Origin: Podarcis tiliguerta | Taxonomy: Eukaryota | Reading direction: 5' to 3' (one strand) | DNA length: 64,000 nucleotides | Assembly: GCA_965153285.1 (NCBI GenBank) | Contig: OZ229119.1 | Shown: positions 1-11,741 of the stretch, in pieces | Position numbering within the stretch: the first letter of the stretch is position 1 | Layout: each line of letters starts with the position of its first letter | The notes under the pieces: generated by a model | The model's input: only the letters and a program-made list of their open reading frames with translations | Told to the model about the DNA's origin: nothing | Database searches by the model: none | Translations under genes and position numbers: made by a program

Positions 1-901
1 GAAATTAAATGTGCCTCATTATGCATCAACACACCTTCGAAGACAACCAGGTTTCCATTTTGTATGTGATGATGGCATAGAGAGCACAGGAAGAGCAGAT
101 GGTTCGTGCTTGTTCATCTGCCAAACAAGAAAATTCAGATCACCCTCATTAAAGAAATATGTGCCCTTCCAATACAAGGACAATCTGTACATCTCCTGGG
201 TAGGATAGAGCGATGGCTTGATTTTACATGGAGGAACAGGAAGTGAATCAAGCGCAGGGCACTTGAGTCAATGGCTTGTGACTGAAGTGGGTTGCTAAGT
301 CTGATGTGAAAAATGGATAGTGAGAGAAGTCTGCAAACTGCTGTCTCTCCATCTCCACACCTTTTCATTCTCCCCCAAATACTGTCGCACGGTCCCAGTA
401 TCACAGAGTTCCAGTTCAAATGGTTTTTTAAAGGGCAAGCCATATCGGTTATGCCACTCTAGTGAAGTTTAGGTCCTCTAGTGAAGTTTTGTCCTGTAAT
501 CTCACAAGGGTGGGAGATCTGATGAAACATAAGCTATACTCAGTTTGATTCTTTTCTGTTATGTCAAGCCACTCCAAATTTCAGAGAGAGCAGGAAATGA
601 ACCATATCCCAAATATGAAACTCTTCACGTTAGCTCTTCACACAGCTATCACATTTTTTTAAAAAAACTGTTACCATGAAGTGTATCTGGGACCACATGT
701 GTTTACTTAATTATTTGTTTTATTCAGATAGCATTACCTGCTTTTCAGTTGAAATTAGATGGCAAAATAGACTATTATCATGGCCCACCCAGATAAGGTA
801 GGGACATGTCTGATAGTTAACTCTTTATTGGCAAAAGAAACACAGCAGCTTTCATGTTGTTCCAGATAAACATGCTTACAAACTTGTAGCCTCTAGGCAG
901 C

Positions 902-1312
902 TGTCCACAGGTCTGGGCCCTATGGAGCAGTTGCAGCAACAGTGGGGTCCCTCCCCTCCTCTGGCTTATATCCCCTCCTTTGGGTTGCATGCCTGCAACC
1001 TGAGGTGTCTCCTGCACAGAAATGATTACTGCTCTTCCCTCTTCAAGCCCCTTCTGGCTCTAGAAGACAGTGGGCAGGGAAAGGTCGGGAATCTATTGGC
1101 CCATCGTCCCTCATCTGACCAGTCCCTTCTTCTTCCACCACCATATCTTGCACACCTTCTTCTGCCTTGGGGTGCCCTGACATTCCCTCCTTCCCTGGAT
1201 CCTTCCTTGCGGGTGGCGTCACCCCCCTAAATCACTGGTCTCCTCTCCTGGGTCACTGCCCTGGTCCCCTGCCTCCGCCACATGCTCTTCAGAGCCCTGC
1301 CCGTACCTGACA
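902..1312 (-). mobile_element. Solo-LTR-like element (possibly Gypsy), degenerate
   Basis: GC-richer ~410-bp block. On the minus strand it starts TGTCAGG, ends GGACA and has a TATA-like GGATATAAGCC. No matching TSD seen. Confidence 0.35.
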
Positions 1313-2310
1313 ACCAATAAAGCCTAAAGCAATCCATTTAAAATAACATGGTATCATTGTTCAACTCTGTCCTGCAAGCAAAGAAGTTGACCCAGGTGGG
1401 GAGTTTCCATCTCCCTTATCAGTTCTTCTAGACTTTGGTTTCTGTGTATGTGTGTGTTGGAGAGAAAAAGAACAAACCATTAGTACCTCCATGGTAACAG
1501 TACAAGTGATAGTGAGGTGAAGTGGGAACTTTTGATCGGCATGCACTAACATGCTGGTTATTGATATGAATCCATAGTTTATTTTTAACAATGGTTTAAT
1601 TTGATGTGCAAACCAGGCCACTGTAAGTTCTTTATAAAAAAGTAGGTTTAAAAAGACGAAGAAAGAAATAGAAAATTTGATATGTTGTATTTAAAGCAGA
1701 CAACATAGATAGTATCTTTGGCTACCTAAATATTAAGCCATCCCTTAAGAGACCTATTTTATGAAATAGGTACCTTGTGAAAATAGACATTAGAAAGATT
1801 TTCTCCAGATGGTAAGTGCAAAATGACCACTCTTCCCAATCCATTTCCCTTGTGCTCTATAACCATCAAAGCTACCTCTGACTCATTTTGTTGATTCCAT
1901 CACCAAAACCAACATCAGCCGGTCACTTAAAATAAGTTTATAAAAGTGTTCAAGGTTCACTCATTGCTGAACCAGGCTATGTTTACAGAACAGGAAACTT
2001 TAAAAAATAAATTTGCCTCCATAATTCTACGGAACAAGAACCTAATCAAAAGCAGCCTTACAGCTGGGTGTGTTGCCTGCTTGCCAAGTTCATATTGGCA
2101 ACAGCTCCTAATAAAATATAAATGCAGTGGTTATCTTTTGTTAGCATGGGAAAGAGACATATCTGAAAGAGGAGCAGCCAGTCCCAAAAGTCTTTTAAAA
2201 CGAATCTGAAATACAGACAGAGCTGGCCCAAGTTACTTTTCTGCTTGAGAATCAAATCCCTTCCGAACAAACATCTGACTAAACATCAGGAAGAATGGAT
2301 GATTTAGTTC

Positions 2311-2387
2311 AGATTTCTGCATTGCAGGGGGTTAGACTAGATGACCATTGGTGTCCCTTCCAACTCTACAATTCTATGGTTTTGTGA
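2311..2387 (+). mobile_element. CR1 LINE 3' tail (or CR1-tailed SINE remnant)
   Basis: CTGCATTGCAGGGGGTTAGACTAGATGACC...CCCTTCCAACTCTACAATTCTATG, a typical CR1 3' end that recurs at 32.5k, 42.8k, 43.5k and 58.05k. Confidence 0.8.
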
Positions 2388-3242
2388 CAAGATAGTGCCC
2401 CCATCTTGGGAGAAGAGTAATATTACATCCACATTTTTCTGTGGCATATGTTGAGTACATTTAATTTTCTACATGAAGTCCATTTTCTGCCATTTCTCAG
2501 ACGATGCTGATTGCATGCGTTGAAATGATTTTTATGGGGAAAGTGCTTCACCAGCCTTGGCAGAGCGCTGCAACAGTGTTGTCAAGCTGATAAATGACTG
2601 AAAAAAGGCTTCTTGCAGAGAATCAAATCCCTTCAGAACAGTCCCTTCATTGCCTCATCTCTCTCTTTCTCTTCCTACAGTTGTCTGTGAGCATCTGAAA
2701 ACATCTGGTTCAGCTCTTATTACAAATTCAACTGCACTGAGCACAAAAAGAACTAAGCAGTTCTTAGCTGCTTGGGTTGCTCACGTTCTTGCATTGTGGA
2801 CTGGATTTTCCCTTTTAATACAAAGGGAAAATAGGCTCCACAGAACGTTATGAAGTAGGTTATATAAAGTTCATAAGATGAGGAAAGCAGCTGTTGCTTT
2901 CAGGCTTCTAAGAGCAACTGTTTCAAACAGCTATAGATGCATAGAGAGGCTAGAGAGATGTTATAGGAACTAAAATGCCATGAGACCTAAACCACATGCT
3001 TAGTCAGTCTATCAGGTTAGCTTTGGGGGATCCTGGCTTCATGAAGAATGGAAATCCTTTGTCCCCGTCCCCACCCCGACACACACACTCAGTGTGACTA
3101 TATAGCTTCATTTACAGTTGTGCACTGCAAAATTCTTCCCTCCTTTAATGCCTTCTCAGGTTGAGGTACACCAGCAAGTATCATAGATGCAAGATACACC
3201 TCACACTTACTGGCCATATTCACACCAGAGCTACAATTCTCA

Positions 3243-3606
3243 GTTGTTGCTGACATCCGCCTGTCTCAGGAGACATCGGAGAAGTGTGCCTTTAGGGATG
3301 AAGTCAAACTGTTGGAAGGTTACAATGCCTGCTGTGGTTGTAGAGACTGATACAGGAGATGTTTCGTTGCAGTTGGTGTAGATGAAGGCATCCGGTTTTG
3401 CTGATGCAGATGCACCATGGCATTTGTGCTCCTCCCAGTGGCCATTCTTCCTCTGGTCACTGTTATGGATGATCACTGCAAGGGATTCCCAAATGGCAAG
3501 GTTGATGTTGCCAGTCTTCATGTCATGTTTGCAGACATCTTTGCAGCATGGAGTTGGTCTGCCAAGAGGCCTGGTTCCTTTGGCAAGACAGGTACAGCTA
3601 AGGTCC
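3243..3606 (-). mobile_element. RTE-clade LINE 3' fragment, decayed
   Basis: Minus translation GTRPLGRPTPCCKDVCKHDMKTGNINLAIWESLA resembles the RTE C-terminal motif G.R..GRP..R.KD..K.D.K...WE.LA. A Cys/His-like remnant and a short (CAA)n tail follow. Confidence 0.75.
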
Positions 3607-4098
3607 ACCTTTCCAAAAGAGTATGGGACAATATGATGCTAACAACCAATACCTATGAAGGTCTACCAGGTTTGCATGTTGAGGCTGTCTCCTCCTCCTC
3701 TGCAAGGTGCTTTGGTGCATCCCTTTGAGATTGCTAGTGTGCCTTCCTGAAAGGCACCTTGGCAATTGTCAAAGGGACATGCCAGGGTGGAGGCGCGACC
3801 CGTTGACGATTGCCAAAGTGATCCCAGAAAGTGCTCTGGGTGCTTGTCAGCAGGGTTGGGCTGACTCATACCAGGGTGCCAGTCTTAACTGGGACATTCC
3901 GAGATTGGTTTCTATTATCCGGGATGTCCCACTGAAAACAGGACAGTTGGAGGAGTATGGATTTGGGAAGTAGTGATGAATTAAGTAGTCACCTTTCAAC
4001 AAAACTGGTCCATTTGGAGGCAGGAACTAGATTTCTGGGGTAAATATGCACTTCTGGCTTCAGCTGCTCTTGCTCCAAACAGAGAGTATAAATACCAG

Positions 4099-4205
4099 TG
4101 CTGGCTAACATGGTGCCCTGTGCATCATCACTGGCCATAGCCATGCTGGCTGGGGCTGATGGGAACTGTAGTCTCAAACATGTGCCAGCTTTACAGTTCT
4201 CTGAC
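4099..4205. mobile_element. Degenerate palindromic hAT-type MITE remnant
   Basis: Contains GCCATGCTGGCTGGGGCTGATGGGAACTGTAGTC, the core shared with intact copies at 10167, 27742, 47434 and 56543. Confidence 0.5.
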
Positions 4206-4968
4206 ACTTGGACATTTGAACTGTATCTCCCCTTTCTGCAGATGCACTTAGCTTTGGGCACTTGAGCTGATGATCTTATTTACAATTAAATGTAAAAAAA
4301 AAAAAAAAAAGTTGCATGCCTTTGACTTTTCCTTGGAAGTAAGTAAGTTCTGGCTCTCTTTTGAGTAAGCATAAGATTGAGTTCTTAGAGTGAAATGCAG
4401 AACAAGCTCTAAACTTAGTATGTATAAATTGACATAGGCTATTGAGGCCAAAACAAATTTTGTAATCTCTTCAACGTTCTAAGCCAATTGAAAACATTTG
4501 ATTGAGGCTCAAACTGTGTTGTGCCCTGACAGCTAAACAAACATGCAGTTCTATATCGCTAAAAGGCTTATTGGCAGAAACAGAACAATGCGTAGGCTGA
4601 TGTGTCAGGAGAGCTTTCTGACAGAAAGCATGCTTTAAATACCCTGTTAGCAAAGTAGTTGAACTCTGTGACATGTCAAAAACATGAAGACGTTCAAGGG
4701 GGAAAGTTGTGAGAACAAGCCTTTGGGAAACCACTTTAGCTTATGTAGAATTATTTGGGGCAAGGGAGTTGAAAAATAAATCACTTGAGGAAGAATAAAG
4801 TTAGAAATACAGTATGACTGGAAATACATACATTGTTTAAAGGGGATGAAAAGAAGACAACTAAAGTCTTGTGTTTCTTTTCTTTTTCAGTAGAAGCAAG
4901 CTATTTTTATCATTATACAATGCCTAGTTTCTGTACATTCAGATATGGTAGATTCCCTACTACTACGG

Positions 4969-5003
<35 letters not shown>
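4969..5003. repeat. (TAA)n microsatellite
   Basis: Directly visible. Confidence 0.95.
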
Positions 5004-5254
5004 TTTTAAAAATCATAGCATGTTTAGAGGGAGATTTTATCTCAGATATTCACTGGGTCTACTAGCAGAAGACCTATCTTTTATAGTTAATCATTAATAA
5101 ACAGGCAATTTTTGACATGAACATTCAGCCATAATTTAATGCAGCCTCTAACTTGGCAAGATTCCCAAATCAGCAGATGTTTCTCCTTTATATAGCACTA
5201 ACAGGGTGTGACTGGCAATGCCTGGGAATTTTCACACACAACCCCCCCCCCCAA

Positions 5255-5770
5255 AAAAATTGTCATTTTAGAATGCATAGTGTAATCTGTGAGTTTGTGC
5301 CCATCATGCCAAAAATCACACCAGAGTCACACTTGAGCTCACCATCTTGATTCAAAATGGCACCTGGCATCCAAACATCAATGAAACACCGCCAACCCCA
5401 GTGGCAGCTCTTAGGGCATCAAATTTCAGCAGTGCCCTGAGTGACACCCTCCAGCTCTCGCGCTCCAGTCTAAATCATATTTGCAGCATCCCCAGTAGTG
5501 TCCCCAAGGCTCTGTGCCCAGTGTGACTGAACTAAATCCACCTCTTCCTCACCTCAGAAAACCTTGTGATGAGTTTGGAAATGATATATTGGGAGGTGAC
5601 CAAGCTTGTGCCAAAAAAAAAAAAAACCCAAGTGAAGTCACACCAAAGTTATGGTTTGGTTGCCATATTGAGTCAAAATTATGCCCGGAATCCAAATATT
5701 GATTAAGACTGCCATCTCCACCTTAGGAACCCTTGTGCCAAATTTGGTGATGATATCTCAAGAGATGACT
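5255..5770. mobile_element. Old non-autonomous element, possibly Helentron/DINE-like
   Basis: Repeated motifs CTTGTGCCAAATTTGGTGATGATATC and TTGTGATGAGTTTGGAAATGATAT. The family assignment is from memory and tentative. Confidence 0.3.
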
Positions 5771-6542
5771 GAACCTGTTTCTCAAAACCAAAGCATAGGG
5801 TTACATTGTGCAATGCAGGCCTAAAATAGGAAAATAGTCACTGTGAGTAGAATCGTAACAAATTTCAGCTCAGATAGAAAATAATAACAAAAATTCTCTG
5901 GGAATGAAACTGGATTATGGTTTCTTCTGATAGAAGCTTATGAGTTATGATGACAGGACCCATAAATATCTTGCTTGACCTATCACATTGTCAACAAAAA
6001 TGCCTTTTGATGCACATGGAGTAAGTTTATATTCTCCTTTGTCTTCAGCCCCCATTTCCTCACAGTGTAATGCACAGGTGAGAAAGAAAGAAGATAATCC
6101 TTGTTCTCATAAGAGTTCAGTGGCCAGGTAGTTTGGACAGATGTGATGCAGGGGAGGAGGTAACAAATCAACATTAAATAGAAAAGAAGCATGATCTGCT
6201 ACCATATTTCCAGTCTATGTCCTATAAATTGGACTACAGAAATTGTCCATAATGTAGACAATGAATCTGACATAATCAGATGAATTGTTGCCAAGACCAA
6301 AATGTCTTTGTTCCAAATGATTTGCAACTGCAACATGTTCTCTGATTTATTTCCGAGATTTATGTGGCAGCAGTCATCATCTATTTAAGATGAAAGAAAC
6401 AGGAAGGAGGGTGGTGGTGGAAGTATTTGTAAGATAGATCCTGAACTCAAACTTGACTCAAACAGAATATGAAAGAGAAATGGGAGGGGAAAGATGATTT
6501 GCTTGTTGTCTTCAACACTCAGAGTAGAGAAACTATTTGTTT

Positions 6543-6629
6543 AGAATCACAGAGCTGCAGGAATCCTTTACCCAAAGTAGGGCTTGAACCCACAACCCTG
6601 GATTAAGAGTCTCATGCACTACGAACTGA
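6543..6629 (-). mobile_element. tRNA-Lys(CTT)-derived SINE or pseudogene with truncated CR1-like tail
   Basis: Minus strand TCAGTTCGTAGTGCATGAGACTCTTAATCCAGGGTTGTGGGTTCAAGCCCTACTTTGGG aligns to tRNA-Lys-CTT (anticodon at 6605-6607) but lacks the 5' acceptor arm. GATTCCTGCA...TGTGATTCT follows. Confidence 0.75.
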
Positions 6630-8327
6630 ACATTTATTGCCTTCTGCTTTCACAAAAAGACACATGACTCCCAGTTGCTACTGATTTTGTTTGGATGATT
6701 TTTTTTTTTAGCTTTTAGTTTGTTTTTGCTTAAAACTGAGGTGAAAACAACATTAAGTGTCATGGGAAATTCAGTGACATTGTGGCACAATAAGCATCTT
6801 ATTAAGGTCTTGTGGCAGGAGGGTGTTCTAGAGCAAGCACACTGATCCCCAGTCTCCTTTTCATTACCCACATGTTATTGGGTAATATGATACATATAAT
6901 ATGTCATTTCTATGAAAATGTGGATCCCACTCTGTTTTTGCTTCCTCTTTTCTGTAGCTGTGTAAGTGGTCATCCTACGACATGGGGGGGCATGGTGCAA
7001 AATGCACCCCCAGACTGTTTCAGGCAGTCCCCCAATATCTGGACAGAATAACTGCAGGATAACTGAGGGTTTTTTGCATAGCCCTCAGCCATCAGAGCAT
7101 GGCTATTGCCTGAATTTACGTGGCATAGTTGAGTGTGTCTTGGAGGCAAAGTACGTGAAGGAATGTATTCCATTGGCAGTAATTCTATCTCTGCTCCCTG
7201 TGAGTAAGAGTCAGTCTGTGTTGGTGACATAAATTTCCACACAGAACATTTTTGTTAGTTTTGGAAGTAAATGAAAGGCTGCTTATTTCATTCCATTCTT
7301 CCACCTTGAAGGTTAATCCAGATTTTAAAGAGATGTGTGAGGTTAAAAAATAGAAGCAAAAAGTTTGCACTTAAAAAAACAATTGTCCTCCCCATTCCTG
7401 TGGGTTTTCTTGCTTCTTTTTGTGTACACCCAGCTATGAAGCATGTGATGTTTTGTAAATGGCTAATCTTGTCTTTTCATGTCAGTCCCTTAATTTATCA
7501 CCATATTTTCTGTTTTTCTCTGACAGAGAAGAATACCAGAGCTTTCGCTTTAGATTGTGGGGCACCGTTGTATGGGAGTGGGTAGTATCCTTGCTGTTAT
7601 TACTGTTGTTCTTTAAGGGCTATATGGACTGCTTGAAGTGCTAAAGAAACAAACAAAAGAAACTTCACTGTGGGCCAAGGCAGGACATCAAGACCCAAGC
7701 TAGACACAGTGCCATTTATGCAACTAGCAATTGTTTGAAGGGGTTTGATTGCAGGTGTGAAGCTTTAAACAAAATGCTCTAAATGAATTGAAGGCATTTG
7801 GGAGGCTTTAAGGAAAATGAAAAAGACGGCTGCACATGGGAACAGGTTCCCAACACATTTTGAGAGACAGATTTTTATTGAGGATAATGCCCTTCGGTGC
7901 TTTCTTAAAAGACTACTGCACTTGTAACTCAGCTAACTTCCATCTCACCTAGCATATATGCACCATGGGCAATGGCAGCTCAAGACTGAGTCTGGTTCAT
8001 CTTGCCACATCCCTTATGGAATTCCATTACGAGAGAAGCCAAAAAGCCCTGCAGGCCGGGCATTTATCCTTGCCCCAGGCACAGTACCAAGCACCACTAC
8101 TGGTCAGTTGGCACTGCACCCAGTGAAATGCTCCCTAAATTTCTGCTGCCATTGGCCAATTCAGCAGCTAGAGGATGATCCAGCCTACAATAGGCCAGTT
8201 CACAGGAGAGGCCTGAGGCCCACCTGCCAAGCTGCCCACCCGATGAGGGCAAACGGCTTATTCGGGGGAGGGGAATCATCATTCAGCACAGCTGAGACCT
8301 ATTCTCTCAGCCATTGAGTGTTTACCC

Positions 8328-8792
8328 CAGGAGTTTCCAACCTGGTGCCTATGGGTGCCATATCACCTGCAAAGGTTTTCTTGGGCAGGGTGCCCTAGAC
8401 TCTGAACTTTTATTTTAAAAATTAAGTCTATAGCTCTCCTAGAAAAAAAGCTGTGGGGCGGCAAAATTGCTTCTAGGCAATTTCTGTGAAATGAGAATAG
8501 TGTGGCAACTTTTCATATTTTTTCTGGTACTGAGGAATGCTCCCTGTTGCTATTAGATAGCAACGACACCAGTGTGTGTGTGTGTGTGTGTGTGTTGTGT
8601 GTCAGGATCAGTGGCAAATAGCTGATTTTTCATGGTAAGCATAAGGTTGTTGTTCTAATTATGCCATTCCCCAAGACAGCCATATGGTGTTATGTCATGC
8701 CCTCCTCTATGGCACCCATTTTGTGACTGGCACCCCCAGCACTCTAAAAATTCAAAAATGTGCCCACTATTCCCAAACAGTTTGTTGACCCT
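8328..8792. mobile_element. Degenerate hAT-like non-autonomous element
   Basis: Ends CAGGAGTTTCCAACCTG and CAGTTTGTTGACCCT resemble decayed hAT TIRs. It contains a (GT)n tract at 8571-8601. Confidence 0.45.
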
Positions 8793-8842
8793 TTATTTAC
8801 CTAATGCACTTTCAGAAATGTTGGTCCAGAGAAACACAGAAA

Positions 8843-9010
8843 AATAGGAAGCTGCCATAAACCAGGTCAGACCATTGTCCACCTACTCCATATTGTGTAC
8901 ACCAACTAGCAGCAGCTCTCCAGGCTTTCTGGCAGTGGACGTTCCCAGGGGGCTGAACCTGGGACTTCCTGCATGCAAAGCAGATGTTCTACCACTAAGC
9001 ATGAACCCAT
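8843..9010 (-). mobile_element. tRNA-headed SINE with CR1-like tail; related copies at ~37335-37560, ~47035-47140, ~53395-53580
   Basis: Shared blocks ATAGGAAGCTGCC...TCAGACCATTG and GAACCTGGGACTTCCTGCATGCAAAGCAGATG..CTACCACT, the latter being the reverse complement of Pol III A/B boxes. Confidence 0.65.
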
Positions 9011-9162
9011 TTCATTCAGATTTAAGCATGTGTATCTTGTTCATTGAAAAGAAGGCATTTGAAGATGCACAACTGGAACTAAATCTTGCCTTCATCTCAA
9101 ATTATGGCCTTTTCTTCTTTTTAATATTTTGACAATATTTTGGTGGAGTATGGTATAGTGGT

Positions 9163-9384
9163 GCTTACCCGACCTCCCAGCATGTGGATCACAGCTGCTT
9201 GCAGGGAGAGAAAGTGAGAGGGTCAAGGTGGCAGGGAGTTCAGCGCTGTGTGGGTGCACCGGATGAGCCAATGTGGTGCTCCTGCTGGTGCGTTTGCACA
9301 GCGCTGACCTCCTTCCCCCTTGCCCATTCCACTCTCCCTCCCAGTAAGTAACAGCAACCCACCTGCTAAGAGGTCAGGTAAGCA
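9163..9384. mobile_element. Long imperfect foldback (MITE-like palindrome)
   Basis: ~100-bp arms: TGCTTACCCGACCTC...CAGCGCTGTG...GCACC pairs with GGTGC...CACAGCGCTG...GAGGTCAGGTAAGCA. Confidence 0.65.
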
Positions 9385-10166
9385 GTGCCCCATCACTCCT
9401 ATGAGTTCTAGGTCTAAGCATCAATTTTGATGAAGAGCTTTATGTATCTGCAAGTTTGATTCAAGTAGGATATTGTCTCACTTGCTCTGTGCATTTGAAT
9501 TATTTTATAATGACTAAAAATAAATAAATCACTTTATGCACTTTTATCATTGCCCCCCCCCCCCAAGTTGAGCTGCTAACTGCAAATATAGATTACCAAA
9601 TGCTGAATTCGGCAGACTTGGCTTCCGAAGTTGGTTGTAATTCATAACAACCTCATGTTGGGGGGGAAATGTTTAAAAATGTTTGGAACTATTGAAAAAT
9701 TACATATGTGAATCTGGTCTTCATGTAAAACAATGCCAGTTCATATTAACCAGGTGGTGTGCTTCAGATGAGAAATCTTTTTCTTTTAAAAAGCTTATTG
9801 AATATAGATAAGAAAGAATGAAATGGTTCCATAAAAGCTTAAAAGGTAAGAAACACACACACCATTTGCATCCATTTACATAGCCTTGGTATCATTTCCT
9901 GTGAACTGTGTTATGATGAAGCTTCAAATACTGCTTTGAACATTTCTGTGGTTTCTTGAATAAATATCCATAATCCAGTATTGTATGCTCTTAAATTTTA
10001 GGCATGTACTTTTTCGAAAAGCAATAAAACCTAATATAGTTCAACAGGGGAAAGATAAAAAATGTAACAACAGAAGAATGGCAGTCACTCTGTTGCAAAT
10101 GTAAAAGAAAAAAGAGCAAATGACTCCTCAAAGTATCAGACTATAAACTGTCCCAAAATGGTAGGG

Positions 10167-10298
10167 CAGGCATGGCCAAACTTGACCCTCCAGCTGTTTG
10201 GAGACTACAGTTCCCATCATCCCTGACCACTGGTCCTGTTAGGGATGATGGGAGTTGTAGTCCCAAAACAGCTGGAGGGCCAAGTTTGGCCATACCTG
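10167..10298. mobile_element. Palindromic hAT MITE (132 bp)
   Basis: TIRs CAGGCATGGCCAAACTTG / CAAGTTTGGCCATACCTG. Perfect 8-bp TSD TGGTAGGG at 10159-10166 and 10299-10306. Confidence 0.9.
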
Positions 10299-11702
10299 TG
10301 GTAGGGGTTAAACCTCTACACCCCCCCATCCAACTGTAGTTGTACTTTTATTTAAGAGAATAGTTATATTTCATTGCTGTAAAAAACTAAAGGAACTCTA
10401 AGCTATGGCTCCTGCCTTTAACTACCTCTAGGAATGAGGGAGAGATTGGATTCAGTTCACTTCTAAAGATGAACCTACTTCATTTGCACTTGCAAACCAA
10501 AATACATCCTCCTTTGAAATCTGCACTTCTCTGAATTTTGCAATGCAATTCTCCAACCAGTTCTCCACCTTGCACACCCCCAAGCTGGTTCAAGGTGGTG
10601 ATGGAACAACCTCCAGAAAGAGCACATTGCAGGAAGAAAGAGGAGATTGTTCCACGAGGCAAGCAGAAATGCTTGCACTGATGGAACATTTGTAACAATG
10701 CAACATTGAATTCTTCCCACAATTGTGTTTTTTTTTGGGGGGGAGGGGGTTACTAAAAACTAGGAAAGCTGCAGGGTTTAAGCAGCAGTGACTTATGCAG
10801 ACAGAAAGAGAATAAAATAAATACTCAAAACAGCAGAATAAAATCACTTTGAATAAAACCAACTATACACCACACAGTAAGACAGACTAAAATGCTTCAA
10901 TAAACGTTTAAAGGTCATGATCTGTTGCCTGAAACTTAACTGTGGGTGCAAAGGAATCTTCCTAGGGGGTGTGGTATGTCATAAGTGGGGCAGCACTGCA
11001 TATAAGTCAGCTATTCTTTCTTCCATTCATATTTGTTAAAAGTATAGTATTGAGAAAATCAGTTTTTTCTTAACTTTTCTCTTAGATTCTTACGAATTCA
11101 CTCATGATCATACGTGACGTGTAAGATGTTAGTTTAATTGGACTTTCAATTGGTCACTCAGTCTTGCATTCAGCGTAGAACTAAGTAGCACTTTGTGTGA
11201 GCAGAATGACTTGCCCTTGTGCAACAGGACTCCCCCTCCCCAATCCTCCCCCAATTTTAAATCTGGGAGTCGTGTCTATTTGTGAAAGCAGAAGGCAATA
11301 AATGTCTACCTTGATACTCAGTGTTTCTTCCAACTCTATGATTCTGCCTTATAGAGCATCATTCCCAGGAGTACTGCATGAGCAAAAGGATGGCTGTGCA
11401 CATGGCCCATTAATGAGATGTAATCCCCTAATTCACCTCTTGTGAATGGGGTGACAAATTGGGGTGGGTGGAAGCAATTACTTGTAGTCCTAAAATTGGC
11501 CTTTTTTTCACTCACCAGATTGGAGTGCACTTTCCTTTTCACAATTCATCTGGAGAAAAGGGTGAATCCTAGTTTGACACCATGCAATGTTAAAGTATAG
11601 CAGCACAATCCTAAAAAGGAACTATAGAGTAACATCAGACCTGGAAGTCCCTCTTTATATTTAATAATAAATTGTATTGTTTTTAATTTAAACATTTAAG
11701 AA

Positions 11703-11705
<3 letters not shown>

Positions 11706-11735
<30 letters not shown>
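11706..11735. repeat. (GT)n microsatellite
   Basis: Directly visible. Confidence 0.95.

Positions 11736-11741
<6 letters not shown>

Noticed and set aside
457-496. 19-bp tandem duplication (similar short ones at ~13310 and ~21883)
   Set aside because: Ordinary slippage-type duplications with no further structure.
6571-6629. Functional tRNA-Lys gene
   Set aside because: The 5' acceptor stem is missing, there are several stem mismatches, and a SINE tail is attached.
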